64,000 nucleotides of DNA from Patescibacteria group bacterium (GTDB lineage Bacteria > Patescibacteriota > Patescibacteriia > Magasanikbacterales > GWA2-37-8): positions 704,907-768,906 of the forward strand of contig JBAZUP010000001.1 in the NCBI GenBank assembly GCA_041661385.1, in the 5' to 3' direction. Numbering within the stretch: the first letter of the stretch is position 1; every line of letters begins with the position of its first letter. The translations under genes and the position numbers were made by a program. The notes beneath the pieces were generated by a model. It saw only the letters and a list, made by a program, of their open reading frames with translations, did no database searches and was not told the DNA's origin. Positions 47,101 through 57,454 of this stretch are shown in pieces.

Positions 47101-47548
47101 CATGCTTAAACTCAACCACATGGTTGAAGACAAGATCCACCAACGCTCTATTGGTCCTTACAGTCTTATTACTCAGCAACCGCTCGGTGGTAAAGCTCAG
47201 TTTGGTGGCCAGCGTTTCGGTGAAATGGAAGTTTGGGCACTTGAAGCTTATGGCGCCGCGCACACTTTGCAAGAAATGATCACTATTAAATCTGATGATG
47301 TCCAAGGCCGCTCTAAAGCTTATGAAGCTATTATTAAGGGTGAAACGGTAAATAAAGTAAATTTGCCGGAATCATTTAATGTATTAGTACGCGAATTAAA
47401 AGGTTTAGGACTTGATGTAGAACTTCTACGCCAGTCTGAATCAGGCGAATATCGCCCCGCAGCAGAAGTCGACGCTGAGGAACAAAAAATGAAGAAAACG
47501 GATGAGATCGTGAGCGAAACGGAAGCCTCCGCAGCAGAACAGAAATAA
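44108..47548 (+). CDS. rpoB: RNA polymerase beta subunit
   Basis: SQLSQFMDQTNPL, GDKMAGRHGNKG, GGQRFGEME. Confidence 0.99.
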   Translation: MPPIFKHRRVKNAERKFLSPVSTMPTPDLIEIQKNSYDWFLKYGIKELFDEVSPITDFTGRDLELYMEDYYLDEPRFDEKTCRERNITFEAPLRVTTRLSNKRTAKSKSQEIYLGDVPVMTERGTFVINGIERVVVSQLIRSAGAFFTAENVRGRRYYGAKIIPNRGAWIEIETDQNNVIWIKVDRKRKVAATSLLRAFGHETDEKLMELFKDVNNHPNIDFVDATIKKDLAKNMDEGLIEVYKRIRPGDLATADNAKSLIYAMFFNFERYDLGRVGVYKFNTKFDLNYTAEDYEKKENRILSAEKLLLVLKEVVRLNISQDEPDDVDHLGNRRVRAVGELTQNRFRVGLARMERIIKDRMSTYELEQLTPNKLINARPVTSAIREFFMSSQLSQFMDQTNPLAELEHKRRLSALGPGGLSRDRAGFEVRDVHTTHYGRICPIATPEGPNIGLVNHLSSFARINEFGFIETPYRKVLREVENNPKLTEGEILRGEVGGFKNDTEITKEVAEKLGKLKLKTIPVKPRLTSEIVYMNSFKEEKIISSSASVKTDAKGYFTQESVPARRFSHAGVANTVDLEYVDVASNQIVSIATSCIPFLEHDDATRALMGTNMQRQAVPCIRPEAPFVGTGMEREAALYSGHMVVAEADGEITEVDGSHIVLTSKKGDKHTYHLNKFKRSNHSTCIDQHPVVDLGEKVKKGQPLSDGPSIREGEVALGQNVLVAYMVWDGFNYEDAVIISERLVQANGYSSIHIEDYTIDVSETKLGPEVVTSDIPNVSEEKLKNLDSEGIIRIGAEVKSGDILVGKITPKGETELSPEERLLRAIFGDKARDVRDSSLYLEHGEHGKVIDIKIFSSENGDKLEPGVIKQVQVTVADLRKIQVGDKMAGRHGNKGVVSKVVPVEEMPFLEDGTPVDIILSPLGVISRMNLGQLLETHLGLAANALGYKAATPVLNGITEEQIKEELKKAGFPTNGQVQLFDGRTGESFDHQTTIGYNYMLKLNHMVEDKIHQRSIGPYSLITQQPLGGKAQFGGQRFGEMEVWALEAYGAAHTLQEMITIKSDDVQGRSKAYEAIIKGETVNKVNLPESFNVLVRELKGLGLDVELLRQSESGEYRPAAEVDAEEQKMKKTDEIVSETEASAAEQK

Positions 47549-47574
47549 TTCTTCATCTATTGAAATATAAATAT

Positions 47575-50500
47575 ATGTCTCGAGATCAATTACATTCCAT
47601 GGAGTTCGACGCCATTCGCTTGAAACTTGCTTCCCCGGAAATTATCCGCGGCTGGTCATATGGTGAAGTTTCAAAACCAGAAACCATTAACTATCGCACT
47701 CAAAAACCTGAAAAGGGTGGTCTGTTTGCGGAAGAAATTTTTGGACCGGTAAAAGATTGGGAATGCTACTGTGGAAAATATAAAAAGATTCGTTATAAAA
47801 ATATCGTTTGTGACAAATGTGGAGTAGAAGTTACTCATTCTCTCGTACGCCGTGAACGCATGGGCCATATTGAGCTCGTTGCTCCGGCCGCCCACATTTG
47901 GTTCCTCCGCTCAGTGCCTTCCAAAGTTGGTTTGGTTCTCGATCTTTCCGCTCAATCACTTGAAAAAGTTATTTATTTTGCTTCATTCATTATCACTCAT
48001 GTTGATGAAGATGCAAAAAAAGAAACTCATGATTTGCTCCGTCAGGAATATAAGAGCAAGAAAAAGCAAATTGAAAATGAGTATGAGCGCGAAATAAAAG
48101 AAGCCCAGGATAAAAAGGCTGCCCAAGGCGCTCTTGATAAGGTTCGTGAATCTGCCGACGCAAAGCGCGAAGCGCTCGACGCCGATTTTGATTCTGCTGA
48201 AAAAGAATTGAAAGAATTACAAGTGATGCGCATTGTATCTGAAAATCGTTATCAGGAATTGTCACTTCGCTATGGACACCTTTTTGAAGCTTCAATCGGT
48301 GCCGAAGCGATTCACAATTTGCTCAACCGCATCAATTTAGAAGAAACTATTAAAAAATTAAATTTAGAACAGCAAAGTTCTAAAGGTGCAAAACTGGAAC
48401 GCATTATTCGCCGCAAGAAACTTTTGAAGAGTTTAGCGATGAATAAGATTCGCCCGGAATGGATGATCATGAAAAATATTCCGGTTATTCCTCCTGATCT
48501 TCGCCCGATGGTCGCTCTTGATGGTGGACGTTTTGCCACTTCAGATTTAAATGATTTATACCGCCGCGTTATCAACCGCAACAACCGCTTGCGCCGTCTT
48601 CTTGAGCTTGATGCTCCGGAAGTAATTTGCCGCAATGAAAAACGCATGTTGCAGGAAGCGGTCGACGCGCTTATTGATAATAATGCCCGTCACGCCAAAA
48701 CTGTTACTGCTTCTACCGGTCAAAAGCGCCAACTCCGTTCTCTTGCTGACATCCTTAAAGGTAAGCAAGGTCGTTTCCGCCAGAACCTCTTAGGTAAGCG
48801 CGTCGACTATTCCGGTCGTTCCGTTATCGTCGTCGGTCCGCAGCTTAATATTGATGAATGTGGTTTGCCAAAACGCATGGCTCTTGAACTCTTCAAACCA
48901 TTTATCATGAGTCAGATTATCAAGCGTGAACTCGCTCACAATGTCCGCAGTGCGAGCCGCTTTATTGAATCTGAAGCCGATGAAGTTTGGGACATTTTAG
49001 AAGAATTAACCAAAACCACCCGCGTGCTTCTTAACCGCGCTCCGACTTTGCACCGTCTTGGTATCCAAGCTTTCCACCCTCGTCTTGTTGAAGGTAAGGC
49101 TATTCAGCTTCACCCGCTCGTTTGTACCGCGTTTAACGCCGACTTCGACGGTGACCAAATGGCTGTCCACCTGCCGCTGACTGCTGAGGCCCGCGAAGAA
49201 GCTGAGACTCTCATGGCTTCTGAAAAAAATCTCTTGAAACCTGCCACCGGTCAACCAGTAATTACTCCAAAGCAAGATATCGCGCTCGGTTGTTTTTATC
49301 TCACCATGTATAAGATGGATGATAAGGGTGAAGTAAAAAGATTTTTTGGTTCTGAAAAAGAAGCAACCTTTGCTTACAAGAGCCGCCAAATCACTCTTCA
49401 TGAGCGTATCAAGGTGCGATTTACAAATATGGAAAAGTTCCCGGAAGGAACCGACAAGATGATTGAAACATCGGTTGGCCGTATTTTCTTCAATGAAATT
49501 ATTCCTTCTAAACTTCCTTATTACAATGAAACCATCAATGTAAAAAAACTTGGTGCTATCATTCGTCTTTGTCTCGAAATTTACGGACAAGGTGAAACAG
49601 CAACCTACCTTGATGATCTGAAAAATCTTGGTTACCGATATGTTACCAAATCCGGCTTCTCACTCGGTATGGATGATTTCCCAAAGATTGTGGAAAAGCC
49701 AGCTCATATTGCCGATGGTGACATGAAGATTAAAGAAATGGAAGAGCAGTTCGCTGAAGGTTTACTCACTGCGAGCGAACGCCACGCCAGAATTCTTGAA
49801 ATTTGGACTGAAACCAAAGATAAGATTATTGCCAACAACAAAACTATTTTGAATAAAAATGGTCCTGTCTATGCCATGATTGACTCTGGTGCCCGTGGTA
49901 CCTACGGCCAGCTTGGCCAGGTCATGGGTATGAAAGGTTTGGTCGTGTCGCCATCCGGTGACATTATCGAACTTCCGATCAAGGGCAACTTCAAAGAAGG
50001 TTTCGATGTGCTTGAATACTTCATTTCTTCTCACGGTACTCGCAAGGGTCTTTCCGATACGGCTTTGCGTACTGCGAATGCCGGTTATCTTACGCGTCGC
50101 TTGGTTGATGTTTCACAAGACGTTATTATCGTTGAAGAAGATTGTGGAGACGACATTGGTGAAATTATCAACGCCGAGCAATCCAAACAAATGGGTGAAA
50201 AATTGTCTGATCGTGTTTGGAGTCGTTATGTTATTGAACCTATCAAGGTTGGAAATAAAGTTATTGTAAAAGCCGGAGAAGCCGTAGACGACAAGGCTGC
50301 TCGCCTCGTAGAAGAACATGATATTAAAGAAGTAAGAGTACGATCCCTGCTCGCTTGCCGATTACCAAAAGCGGTTTGCCGCAAATGTTACGGTTATGAT
50401 CTCTCAAGTAATGGTGAGGTTGCTATGGGCACGGCAGTTGGTATCATCGCAGCTCAATCCATCGGTGAACCTGGTACTCAGCTTACCCTTCGTACTTTCC

Positions 50501-51453
50501 ATACTGGTGGTGCGGCTGGTGGTGCCGATATTACCCAAGGTTTGCCGCGTGTAGAAGAATTATTTGAAGTTCGCACTCCAAAACACCAAGCGGTATTGTC
50601 GGAGGTCGCCGGTACTCTTGAAATTGAAGATGCGGACGGTAAGATTGTTACTTCGCCGACCGGAAAAAAGATCTTTGAAGGACGCCGCGGTCAAAAGATT
50701 GTTAAGGTGCATTTTGAAGGCATGGATGAAATGAAGATCAAAGTAAAATCTGAAGACGAAATATTGGTAAAAGATGGCGCTGAAGTAAATACCGACGATG
50801 TGCTCGTAGTACGCGGCTCTTCTGGTGAAGAAATCAAAGCCAAATATACCGGCAAGGTTAAAGTCACCAAAACCACCGTCAGTCTTGAATACAACGGTCC
50901 GCGTGTCCGCGAATATATTATTCCGCTGGGTTATAAGATTCTTGCCAAAGCCGGTGAAAAGGTTGAAAAAGGTCAACAACTCACCGACGGCAGTATTAAT
51001 CTCCAGGAGTTATTTGAACTCCGTGGCCGCCCTGCCGTACAGCGCTATGTGCTCGAAGAAGTACAAAGCATATATTCTTCACAAGGTCAGAAAGTTAACG
51101 ACAAGCACGTTGAACTTATTATCCGCCAGATGTTCAGTCGTGTTTATGTTGAAGATGCTTGCGATACCGATCTTCTGCCGGGTGAAATTGTTGAAAAGTC
51201 TCAACTTGAACTGAGTAACCGCCAGGCCAAAAAAGACGGTACCAAGCCGGCGATTGCCCGCGAATTACTTCTTGGTATCAGTAAGGTTGCTCTTTCCACT
51301 CAGAGCTTCCTCTCGGCTGCATCCTTCCAAGAGACTGCTCGCATTCTTATCAATACTGCCTCGACCGGCAAAATTGATTATCTCGAGGGTCTTAAAGAAA
51401 ATGTTATTATCGGCCGCCTCATTCCAGTCGGTACCGGATACAAAAAAGCTTAA
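47575..51453 (+). CDS. rpoC: RNA polymerase beta' subunit
   Basis: NADFDGDQM, Zn finger, GEPGTQLT, GLKENVI.GRLIP. Confidence 0.99.
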   Translation: MSRDQLHSMEFDAIRLKLASPEIIRGWSYGEVSKPETINYRTQKPEKGGLFAEEIFGPVKDWECYCGKYKKIRYKNIVCDKCGVEVTHSLVRRERMGHIELVAPAAHIWFLRSVPSKVGLVLDLSAQSLEKVIYFASFIITHVDEDAKKETHDLLRQEYKSKKKQIENEYEREIKEAQDKKAAQGALDKVRESADAKREALDADFDSAEKELKELQVMRIVSENRYQELSLRYGHLFEASIGAEAIHNLLNRINLEETIKKLNLEQQSSKGAKLERIIRRKKLLKSLAMNKIRPEWMIMKNIPVIPPDLRPMVALDGGRFATSDLNDLYRRVINRNNRLRRLLELDAPEVICRNEKRMLQEAVDALIDNNARHAKTVTASTGQKRQLRSLADILKGKQGRFRQNLLGKRVDYSGRSVIVVGPQLNIDECGLPKRMALELFKPFIMSQIIKRELAHNVRSASRFIESEADEVWDILEELTKTTRVLLNRAPTLHRLGIQAFHPRLVEGKAIQLHPLVCTAFNADFDGDQMAVHLPLTAEAREEAETLMASEKNLLKPATGQPVITPKQDIALGCFYLTMYKMDDKGEVKRFFGSEKEATFAYKSRQITLHERIKVRFTNMEKFPEGTDKMIETSVGRIFFNEIIPSKLPYYNETINVKKLGAIIRLCLEIYGQGETATYLDDLKNLGYRYVTKSGFSLGMDDFPKIVEKPAHIADGDMKIKEMEEQFAEGLLTASERHARILEIWTETKDKIIANNKTILNKNGPVYAMIDSGARGTYGQLGQVMGMKGLVVSPSGDIIELPIKGNFKEGFDVLEYFISSHGTRKGLSDTALRTANAGYLTRRLVDVSQDVIIVEEDCGDDIGEIINAEQSKQMGEKLSDRVWSRYVIEPIKVGNKVIVKAGEAVDDKAARLVEEHDIKEVRVRSLLACRLPKAVCRKCYGYDLSSNGEVAMGTAVGIIAAQSIGEPGTQLTLRTFHTGGAAGGADITQGLPRVEELFEVRTPKHQAVLSEVAGTLEIEDADGKIVTSPTGKKIFEGRRGQKIVKVHFEGMDEMKIKVKSEDEILVKDGAEVNTDDVLVVRGSSGEEIKAKYTGKVKVTKTTVSLEYNGPRVREYIIPLGYKILAKAGEKVEKGQQLTDGSINLQELFELRGRPAVQRYVLEEVQSIYSSQGQKVNDKHVELIIRQMFSRVYVEDACDTDLLPGEIVEKSQLELSNRQAKKDGTKPAIARELLLGISKVALSTQSFLSAASFQETARILINTASTGKIDYLEGLKENVIIGRLIPVGTGYKKA

Positions 51454-51465
51454 AAATTTTGAACA

Positions 51466-51494
51466 AAAACCCCCGCCGCAAGCGGGGGTTTTTT
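51466..51494 (+). terminator. Intrinsic terminator after rpoC
   Basis: AAAACCCCCGC-CGCAA-GCGGGGGTTTT. Confidence 0.85.
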
Positions 51495-51551
51495 AGTTGA
51501 CATTACAGTTGGCGCAGGCTATATTTAATTCATAACTTCTAATTATTTTTT

Positions 51552-52130
51552 ATGCCTTACGAACCAAAAAATTATGAACGCCTGCTTGGAACAGCGGGTT
51601 TTAGCGATCAACTCCTGAAAAACCATTTCACGCTTTACGGCGGTTATGTAACAAATGCCAATAAATTGTCAGAAACACTCGCAAATTATGCGAAGGAGGG
51701 CAAGGGCGGAACGCCGGAGTATGCGGAAATGAAACGCCGCTTTGGCTGGGAGTTCGACGGTATGCGCCTTCATGAATTATACTTTGAAAATATGGTGAAA
51801 GACGGCAGTTTGCCGGGAAGCAAATCCGATTTATTCCAAAAAATTGAAAAGGATTTCGGCAGTTTCGAAATGTGGGAAAAAGATTTTCGTGCCACGGGTG
51901 CGATGCGCGGCATCGGCTGGGCGATTTTATATTTTGATGCTGAGGCAGACCGGTTATTTAACGTCTGGATAAACGAGCACGACACCGGACACTTTGCCGG
52001 ATGTAAACCGCTTCTTGTTATGGATGTATTTGAACACGCCTTTATGCTAGATTACGGCACCAAGCGCGCCGATTATATTGAAGCTTTTTTTAAAGCGATA
52101 GATTGGGAAGTAGTGGAAAAAAGAGTATAG
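51552..52130 (+). CDS. Fe/Mn superoxide dismutase family protein
   Basis: NHFTLY.GYV, LHELYF, GIGW, DVFEHAF..DY. Confidence 0.85.
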   Translation: MPYEPKNYERLLGTAGFSDQLLKNHFTLYGGYVTNANKLSETLANYAKEGKGGTPEYAEMKRRFGWEFDGMRLHELYFENMVKDGSLPGSKSDLFQKIEKDFGSFEMWEKDFRATGAMRGIGWAILYFDAEADRLFNVWINEHDTGHFAGCKPLLVMDVFEHAFMLDYGTKRADYIEAFFKAIDWEVVEKRV

Positions 52131-52217
52131 CTTACTAAGTCAAAAACCCTTCAGAAATGAAGGGTTTTTTAATTGACCGAAGCGAGTTTTTATAGTAAAT
52201 TAAAGGAAAATACCGTT

Positions 52218-53303
52218 ATGAAAATAAGGAATATATTAATGATATTATCATTTGGGGTGCTGCTTACAGCAGTTGCCACTCTTATTTTTTTTAACGAAAC
52301 CAAAGGAGTTGAGTCAGAACAAAGATCGGCCAGTTCTAAACCAATGATTTCAGAAAAAATAATAGTTCCGGAGACAAAAAAAATAGTTGAAGAGGAACCT
52401 GTTCAAACTCGAGTCAGGTTTTATGGCGATCTCATGATAGATCGGTCGGTCGCTGTGAAAATGGGCTCACGGGGTCTTGATTATATCTTTGAAAAAGTCA
52501 GCTCTACTAAAGATTTTTTTGGCGGTACAGATATTTTGGTGGCGAATTTGGAAGGACCTTTTGCGGAAAAAAGAATCTCTACTTCCAAATCAATTGCCTT
52601 TCGGTTTGATCCCAAATTTGCGGTGGAATTAAAAAAATACGGATTTACGGCCTTCAATTTAGCAAACAATCACAGTTACGACATGGGAAGTAAAAATGTT
52701 GTTTTTACTCGGGACCTGCTAACGAAAAATAATCTTGGTTGGTTTGGTGACGAACTAAACGAGGGACAAGCGTATACTTTTCAAACTACCACCACAGCGG
52801 GTATAAAAATTGCTTTTTTGGGTTTGCATAACACCTATCATAAATTGGATTTAAAAAAAGTTTCGGAAGCATTAGCCGCTGCTAAAAGTTCCGCAGATTA
52901 TGTTATAGTTAATGTTCATTGGGGAGAAGAGTATTGGACAAATTCAAATGCTAAACAACAAAATTTGGCGCACTGGCTTATTGATAATGGCGCCGATGCA
53001 ATTATTGGCCATCATCCCCATGTAATTCAAGAAATTGAAATCTATAAAGATAGGCCAATTTTTTATTCTTTGGGTAATTTATTTTTCGATCAATACTTTT
53101 CAGTTCCGACTCAAAACGGACTAGGTGTGACTTTGGTTTTGTCAGAAGGTAAAATAAAACAAGCTGAAGTAGTTCCATTTGTTGGTGTGAATTCACAATT
53201 AAACCCAATGTCAGACCAGGAAAAAAATAAACTAGAGGACTGGTTAAATAAAAATAGCCGGTTAGGGGAAAGAAAAATTGTTGATTGGAAAATAATATTT
53301 TAA
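52218..53303 (+). CDS. CapA-family metallophosphatase-like protein
   Basis: GD.M.DR, NLEGP, LANNH..D, HWGEEY, GHHPHV, YSLGN. Confidence 0.9.
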   Translation: MKIRNILMILSFGVLLTAVATLIFFNETKGVESEQRSASSKPMISEKIIVPETKKIVEEEPVQTRVRFYGDLMIDRSVAVKMGSRGLDYIFEKVSSTKDFFGGTDILVANLEGPFAEKRISTSKSIAFRFDPKFAVELKKYGFTAFNLANNHSYDMGSKNVVFTRDLLTKNNLGWFGDELNEGQAYTFQTTTTAGIKIAFLGLHNTYHKLDLKKVSEALAAAKSSADYVIVNVHWGEEYWTNSNAKQQNLAHWLIDNGADAIIGHHPHVIQEIEIYKDRPIFYSLGNLFFDQYFSVPTQNGLGVTLVLSEGKIKQAEVVPFVGVNSQLNPMSDQEKNKLEDWLNKNSRLGERKIVDWKIIF

Positions 53304-53304
53304 T

Positions 53305-54039
53305 ATGTCCGGACATTCAAAGTGGCACAATATCCAAGAAAGGAAGGGTAAGCAGGATGCACGGCGGAGCGGTCAGTTTACCAAAATGGCGAAATCTATC
53401 ACGGTAGCCGCCCAAAAGGGCGGCGGAGATATCACCATGAATTTTTCATTGCGCCTTGCGGTTGAAAAATCCAAAGCAGTCGGCATGCCTAAGGAAAATA
53501 TTGAACGCGCAATCAAGCGGGGAACGGGAGAGCTTAAAGACGGAATTCAAATGGAAGAAGCGCTGTACGAGGGGTTTGGTCCCGCCGGAGTCGCTATTCT
53601 TATTAAAGTCGTTACCGACAATAAAAATCGCGCGATATCGGATGTTAAGCATATTTTAAATGAACACGGCGGTAATATGGGAAGCGCGGGGAGTGTACAG
53701 TGGATGTTTCAGCAGTGGGGAATAATTGTTTTAAAAAATGAAGAAATGGCAAAGCTCGGCTTGCGTGATGAAGCTGAACTCGCACTTATCGAGCTAGGGG
53801 CGGAAGATATTCAGAACGGTGAAGAAGGGGAAATAGAAGTTAAGACTAAGGTTGAACACTTTCAGAAGTTGTTACTCGCTCTCAAAGAAAAAAATATTGA
53901 GATTAAAGATTCAGGTCTTAAACTTATTGCGAAAGATCTGATTACGGTTGATGAAGCGACTGAGAAAAAACTTAATGATCTTTTTGGCGCTTTTGAAGAA
54001 AATGATGACGTCGAAGATTATTTTACTAATGCTGCCTAA
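53305..54039 (+). CDS. yebC: YebC/PmpR family protein
   Basis: MSGHSKW, YEG.GP.G, TDN.NR, DDV...TN. Confidence 0.95.
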   Translation: MSGHSKWHNIQERKGKQDARRSGQFTKMAKSITVAAQKGGGDITMNFSLRLAVEKSKAVGMPKENIERAIKRGTGELKDGIQMEEALYEGFGPAGVAILIKVVTDNKNRAISDVKHILNEHGGNMGSAGSVQWMFQQWGIIVLKNEEMAKLGLRDEAELALIELGAEDIQNGEEGEIEVKTKVEHFQKLLLALKEKNIEIKDSGLKLIAKDLITVDEATEKKLNDLFGAFEENDDVEDYFTNAA

Positions 54040-54535
54040 TGTGAAAGAGAAAATATTGGGAATTGACCCTGGGTTTGGTCGGGTTGGTTACGGAATAATT
54101 GAGCAAAAAAGCAATAATGAATGGGTCGCGGTTGATTTTGGCTGTATAGTCACTTCGCCAAAAACTAGTTTTGTCGAGCGATTATTAGAAGTTAGAAATG
54201 AACTGCAAAAAATAATTATTGAACATCGTCCTACCCGGGTGGCAGTAGAGGAGTTATTTTTTTTCAAAAATGTTAAAACCGCCATTGAGGTTGGACAGGC
54301 GCGCGGGGTAATATTACTTACTGCGGTCGAAAGCGGTCTGCCGATTGATGAATTTACTCCGCTCCAGGTTAAGCAGGCGATGACCGGATATGGGCGCGCC
54401 GAAAAGAAGCAAATGCAGAAAATTGTGGCGGCAATTCTTGGTTTAAAAAAACCGATAAAATCCGATGATGCCGCCGACGCTCTTGCGGTTGCTCTTACTG
54501 CCGGCCAAAGTTTGTGGCACTCTAAATTAAAGTAA
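54029..54535 (+). CDS. ruvC: Holliday junction resolvase
   Basis: ILGIDPG, E.LFF, GQARG, P..VK...GYG.A.K, DDAADALA. Confidence 0.95.
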   Translation: MLPNVKEKILGIDPGFGRVGYGIIEQKSNNEWVAVDFGCIVTSPKTSFVERLLEVRNELQKIIIEHRPTRVAVEELFFFKNVKTAIEVGQARGVILLTAVESGLPIDEFTPLQVKQAMTGYGRAEKKQMQKIVAAILGLKKPIKSDDAADALAVALTAGQSLWHSKLK

Positions 54536-54536
54536 C

Positions 54537-54995
54537 ATGAAATTTGTTTTAGTTCTTCCTAATATTCGCAGTGCCCACAATGTGGGTGCGATGTTTAGGA
54601 CCGCTGATGGTGCGGGAGTTGATAAAATATTTATCACAGGGTTTACTCCTTGTCCGCCTCACCCCAAAGTTGATAAAGTTTCACTCGGCGCGGAAAAATG
54701 GGTTCCTTCTGAATATAGCAAAACCACCATGCCGCTTTTAAAAAAATTAAAAAAACAAGGTTTTACGGTGGTCGCCTTGGAACAAACCAAGCGGAGTGGT
54801 AGTATATATGCGTGGCAGCCAAAATTTCCGGTCGCACTGGTAGTTGGAAATGAGGTCACCGGAATAACGCCGAATATTTTAAAATATTGTGACGAGGCCG
54901 TTCACCTGCCAATGCGCGGCAAGAAAAAAAGCCTTAATGTCAGTATCGCGGCTGGGGTAGCCATTTATCATTTTGCCGAAAAATTACATCTATGA
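54537..54995 (+). CDS. TrmH/SpoU-family RNA methyltransferase
   Basis: IRS.HNVGAMFRTAD, GNE..G, SLNVS. Confidence 0.9.
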   Translation: MKFVLVLPNIRSAHNVGAMFRTADGAGVDKIFITGFTPCPPHPKVDKVSLGAEKWVPSEYSKTTMPLLKKLKKQGFTVVALEQTKRSGSIYAWQPKFPVALVVGNEVTGITPNILKYCDEAVHLPMRGKKKSLNVSIAAGVAIYHFAEKLHL

Positions 54996-55711
54996 AATCA
55001 ACCATATCTTTATTTCGGGATTTATATAATAATTTGCCGCCTTTGTTTCCACCGGAAACAAAGAAGAAAATGCACCATGCTCTTACTCATCTTGAAGGCG
55101 ACAATTCGCTTAGTATCACTGAAATTGAGAAAACAATGGTTGTATTTGGCTACGAAGCCTGGCCTTGGAATCGCGCTTATCGAGAATTTTTTGTTCTTTC
55201 TGAATCGAAAGTGGGTGAACATTTTTTATTGCCAAAATTAACTCCAGAAACAAAAAAGCGCTATCAAGATTTCAAAACTTACGGTGGCACTCTGCGTGAT
55301 TTGCATTCCGGCCGGCCAGCTGAATTTTTTACTTTGGAAGAACGAAAAAATCTTCGTGAAGCGCTAATTGATATTGGTCAGGAACTTCGAGATTTTACCG
55401 ATCGAGAAGTCTTGAGTTCAGAAAAAGTGAAGTATCTGAATAGAGTCGAAGAATTTATTATCATCATGAATTCGATAAAAAAAATACTTCAAGAACTTAA
55501 GCAAGTGGCAAAGAATGAGCAAGACCACCCGGCTCTTGCCGAAGAAATTCGAGCTAGGGTCCATGGTTTTGAATCTGGTTTGTGTCTGCTTGGTCCGGAA
55601 ATAAATTTTGAAGAACTTGTAAATTCAACGGAGTTTTTTAATGGGCGACATCACGAATTGACCCGGTTAAAAGGCATAAACATTCCCGGAACTTTCAGTT
55701 TAGAAGATTAA
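54992..55711 (+). CDS. Hypothetical protein
   Basis: 239-aa ORF overlapping the upstream stop (ATGA) within the operon. Confidence 0.7.
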   Translation: MKSTISLFRDLYNNLPPLFPPETKKKMHHALTHLEGDNSLSITEIEKTMVVFGYEAWPWNRAYREFFVLSESKVGEHFLLPKLTPETKKRYQDFKTYGGTLRDLHSGRPAEFFTLEERKNLREALIDIGQELRDFTDREVLSSEKVKYLNRVEEFIIIMNSIKKILQELKQVAKNEQDHPALAEEIRARVHGFESGLCLLGPEINFEELVNSTEFFNGRHHELTRLKGINIPGTFSLED

Positions 55712-55713
55712 TT

Positions 55714-56145
55714 ATGGCTATTGAATATGAAAAATCTTGCGGAGTAATACCATTTCGCAAGGAGCTTAAAGGTATTAAATATTTATTGGTTCGCAATATC
55801 GGCGGTCACTGGGAATTTCCCAAGGGACATGTGGAAAAAGGCGAGACCGAACGAGAAACAGCGAAGCGTGAATTTGCGGAAGAAACCGGTTTAAAAGTAA
55901 AAAAATTACTAAAAAAAGCTTATTTGGAGCATTATTTTTTTACTTGGAAAGGAAGAAGGAAATCAAAAACTGTGACTTATTTTTTGGGTCAGATTGAAAA
56001 TGGCGAAGTAAATATTCAAGAAGATGAAATTATTGATCACGTTTGGCTTTCGTATCGCTCGGCGATGAGAAAGCTTACCTTTCGTGAACTCAGAGATATT
56101 TTTAAAGATTGCCGAAGCGAACTTCAGAAGCACTTAAACAGCTAG
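55714..56145 (+). CDS. NUDIX hydrolase (Ap4A hydrolase-like)
   Basis: EKSCG, W.FPKGH.E.GE....A.RE..EETG. Confidence 0.9.
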   Translation: MAIEYEKSCGVIPFRKELKGIKYLLVRNIGGHWEFPKGHVEKGETERETAKREFAEETGLKVKKLLKKAYLEHYFFTWKGRRKSKTVTYFLGQIENGEVNIQEDEIIDHVWLSYRSAMRKLTFRELRDIFKDCRSELQKHLNS

Positions 56146-57120
56146 TGGCTTAATATTGGGAAAATTTTTAGTTAAATTTTTAATGCCGGCTTCATCGAGC
56201 AATCCGGTATGGCAATCTTCATGTTGAATTACGCTCGCGCTGTTAGTAATGCCCCAAATCAGGGCATTTTTTAAATCGTGCCCTTTGAAACGAGCGGCTA
56301 GATAAGCGGCAGAAAATGCATCACCAGCCCCGGTTTTAGCAACCACGGTAACTGGAAATGAATTAAGATGTAAAACTTCTTCATCATTTCCAACCCAAGC
56401 GCCTTTTTCTGCATCGGTTACTGCGACTTCTTTGGCGCCCCGGCTAATTAGGCCGTGAATTATTGTCCGAACGCTTTTTTCTTTGGCAAGTTTTGTGTTA
56501 AGCAAAGACTCGGCTTCTTCCAGATTAACAATCAGAATATCAGTGCGAGAAATTATTTCCGCGAGGTAGGACCGTCCGAATTTCATGAGATATGAGCCCG
56601 GATTAAAAGCCAGTCGTACGGTGGGGTGGAGAGTAAGATATTTCATCAGGTGTTTATGCATGGTTTCAAAACCGTCGCCGAGACCGGTGTAATAAATCCA
56701 TTCAGTTTCTGGCGCTGGTGTCGGCCAGGCGTAATTTTTTTTGTTTGAATAAGAAAGAATGGTCCGCTCCTTCAAATAATTTAAAACGATTGAATAGCGG
56801 GTTTTGGCGGTGGGATCAATAGTGATTAGTGAGGTGTCTACTCCATAGCGAGCAAGTTCTCGTATGGCAATTTGGCCGCTCACATCTTTTCCAACCGTGC
56901 TAAGCACGGCAGTTTTTAAACCAAGTTTTGTCGCTCCGACGCAAACATTTGGCGCATTACCGCCAAGACTCTGGAAGCTATCAATAATCGGCACTTTGCT
57001 GCCGTAGTCAAAACACAATTTAATATTTCCATGAGGAATAATCCGGCATTCGGCCGAAGAATCATCAATTCGGACATGGGTATCAATAATTGGGTCACCG
57101 ATGGCAATTAGTTGGTACAT
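56134..57120 (-). CDS. PfkB-family carbohydrate kinase
   Basis: GG.A.N, N..EA, TGAGDAF. Confidence 0.9.
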   Translation of the reverse strand: MYQLIAIGDPIIDTHVRIDDSSAECRIIPHGNIKLCFDYGSKVPIIDSFQSLGGNAPNVCVGATKLGLKTAVLSTVGKDVSGQIAIRELARYGVDTSLITIDPTAKTRYSIVLNYLKERTILSYSNKKNYAWPTPAPETEWIYYTGLGDGFETMHKHLMKYLTLHPTVRLAFNPGSYLMKFGRSYLAEIISRTDILIVNLEEAESLLNTKLAKEKSVRTIIHGLISRGAKEVAVTDAEKGAWVGNDEEVLHLNSFPVTVVAKTGAGDAFSAAYLAARFKGHDLKNALIWGITNSASVIQHEDCHTGLLDEAGIKNLTKNFPNIKPLAV

Positions 57121-57122
57121 AA

Positions 57123-57437
57123 TTATTTTTGTTCAGGGTGTTTATATTCCTGAACTAGTTTTTCACTATGATGATGTTTTCCGCCGACAATCAAAATTAA
57201 TTCTCTGGCGCTAACGAGTAGAACTCCAGCCGAAAGGAAAGAAAAAACCGTGTTGCCATAAACAAGCGAATATACTAAAAGAGCAGTTGAACCGACGACA
57301 AATACCGCATCCTGTCTTTTTTCTTCTTCTAGAAGTACCGCGTATATTATGAGTGTTGCCCCCAAAAAACCAACCACTTTGACCAATATATCAAGAGTCG
57401 GCCAGGGCAAAGACGGTAAAAATAATCCGAGTGGCAT
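57123..57437 (-). CDS. Hypothetical membrane protein
   Basis: Three hydrophobic segments; within the operon. Confidence 0.65.
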   Translation of the reverse strand: MPLGLFLPSLPWPTLDILVKVVGFLGATLIIYAVLLEEEKRQDAVFVVGSTALLVYSLVYGNTVFSFLSAGVLLVSARELILIVGGKHHHSEKLVQEYKHPEQK

Positions 57438-57454
57438 ATATTTTTATAAGTTAG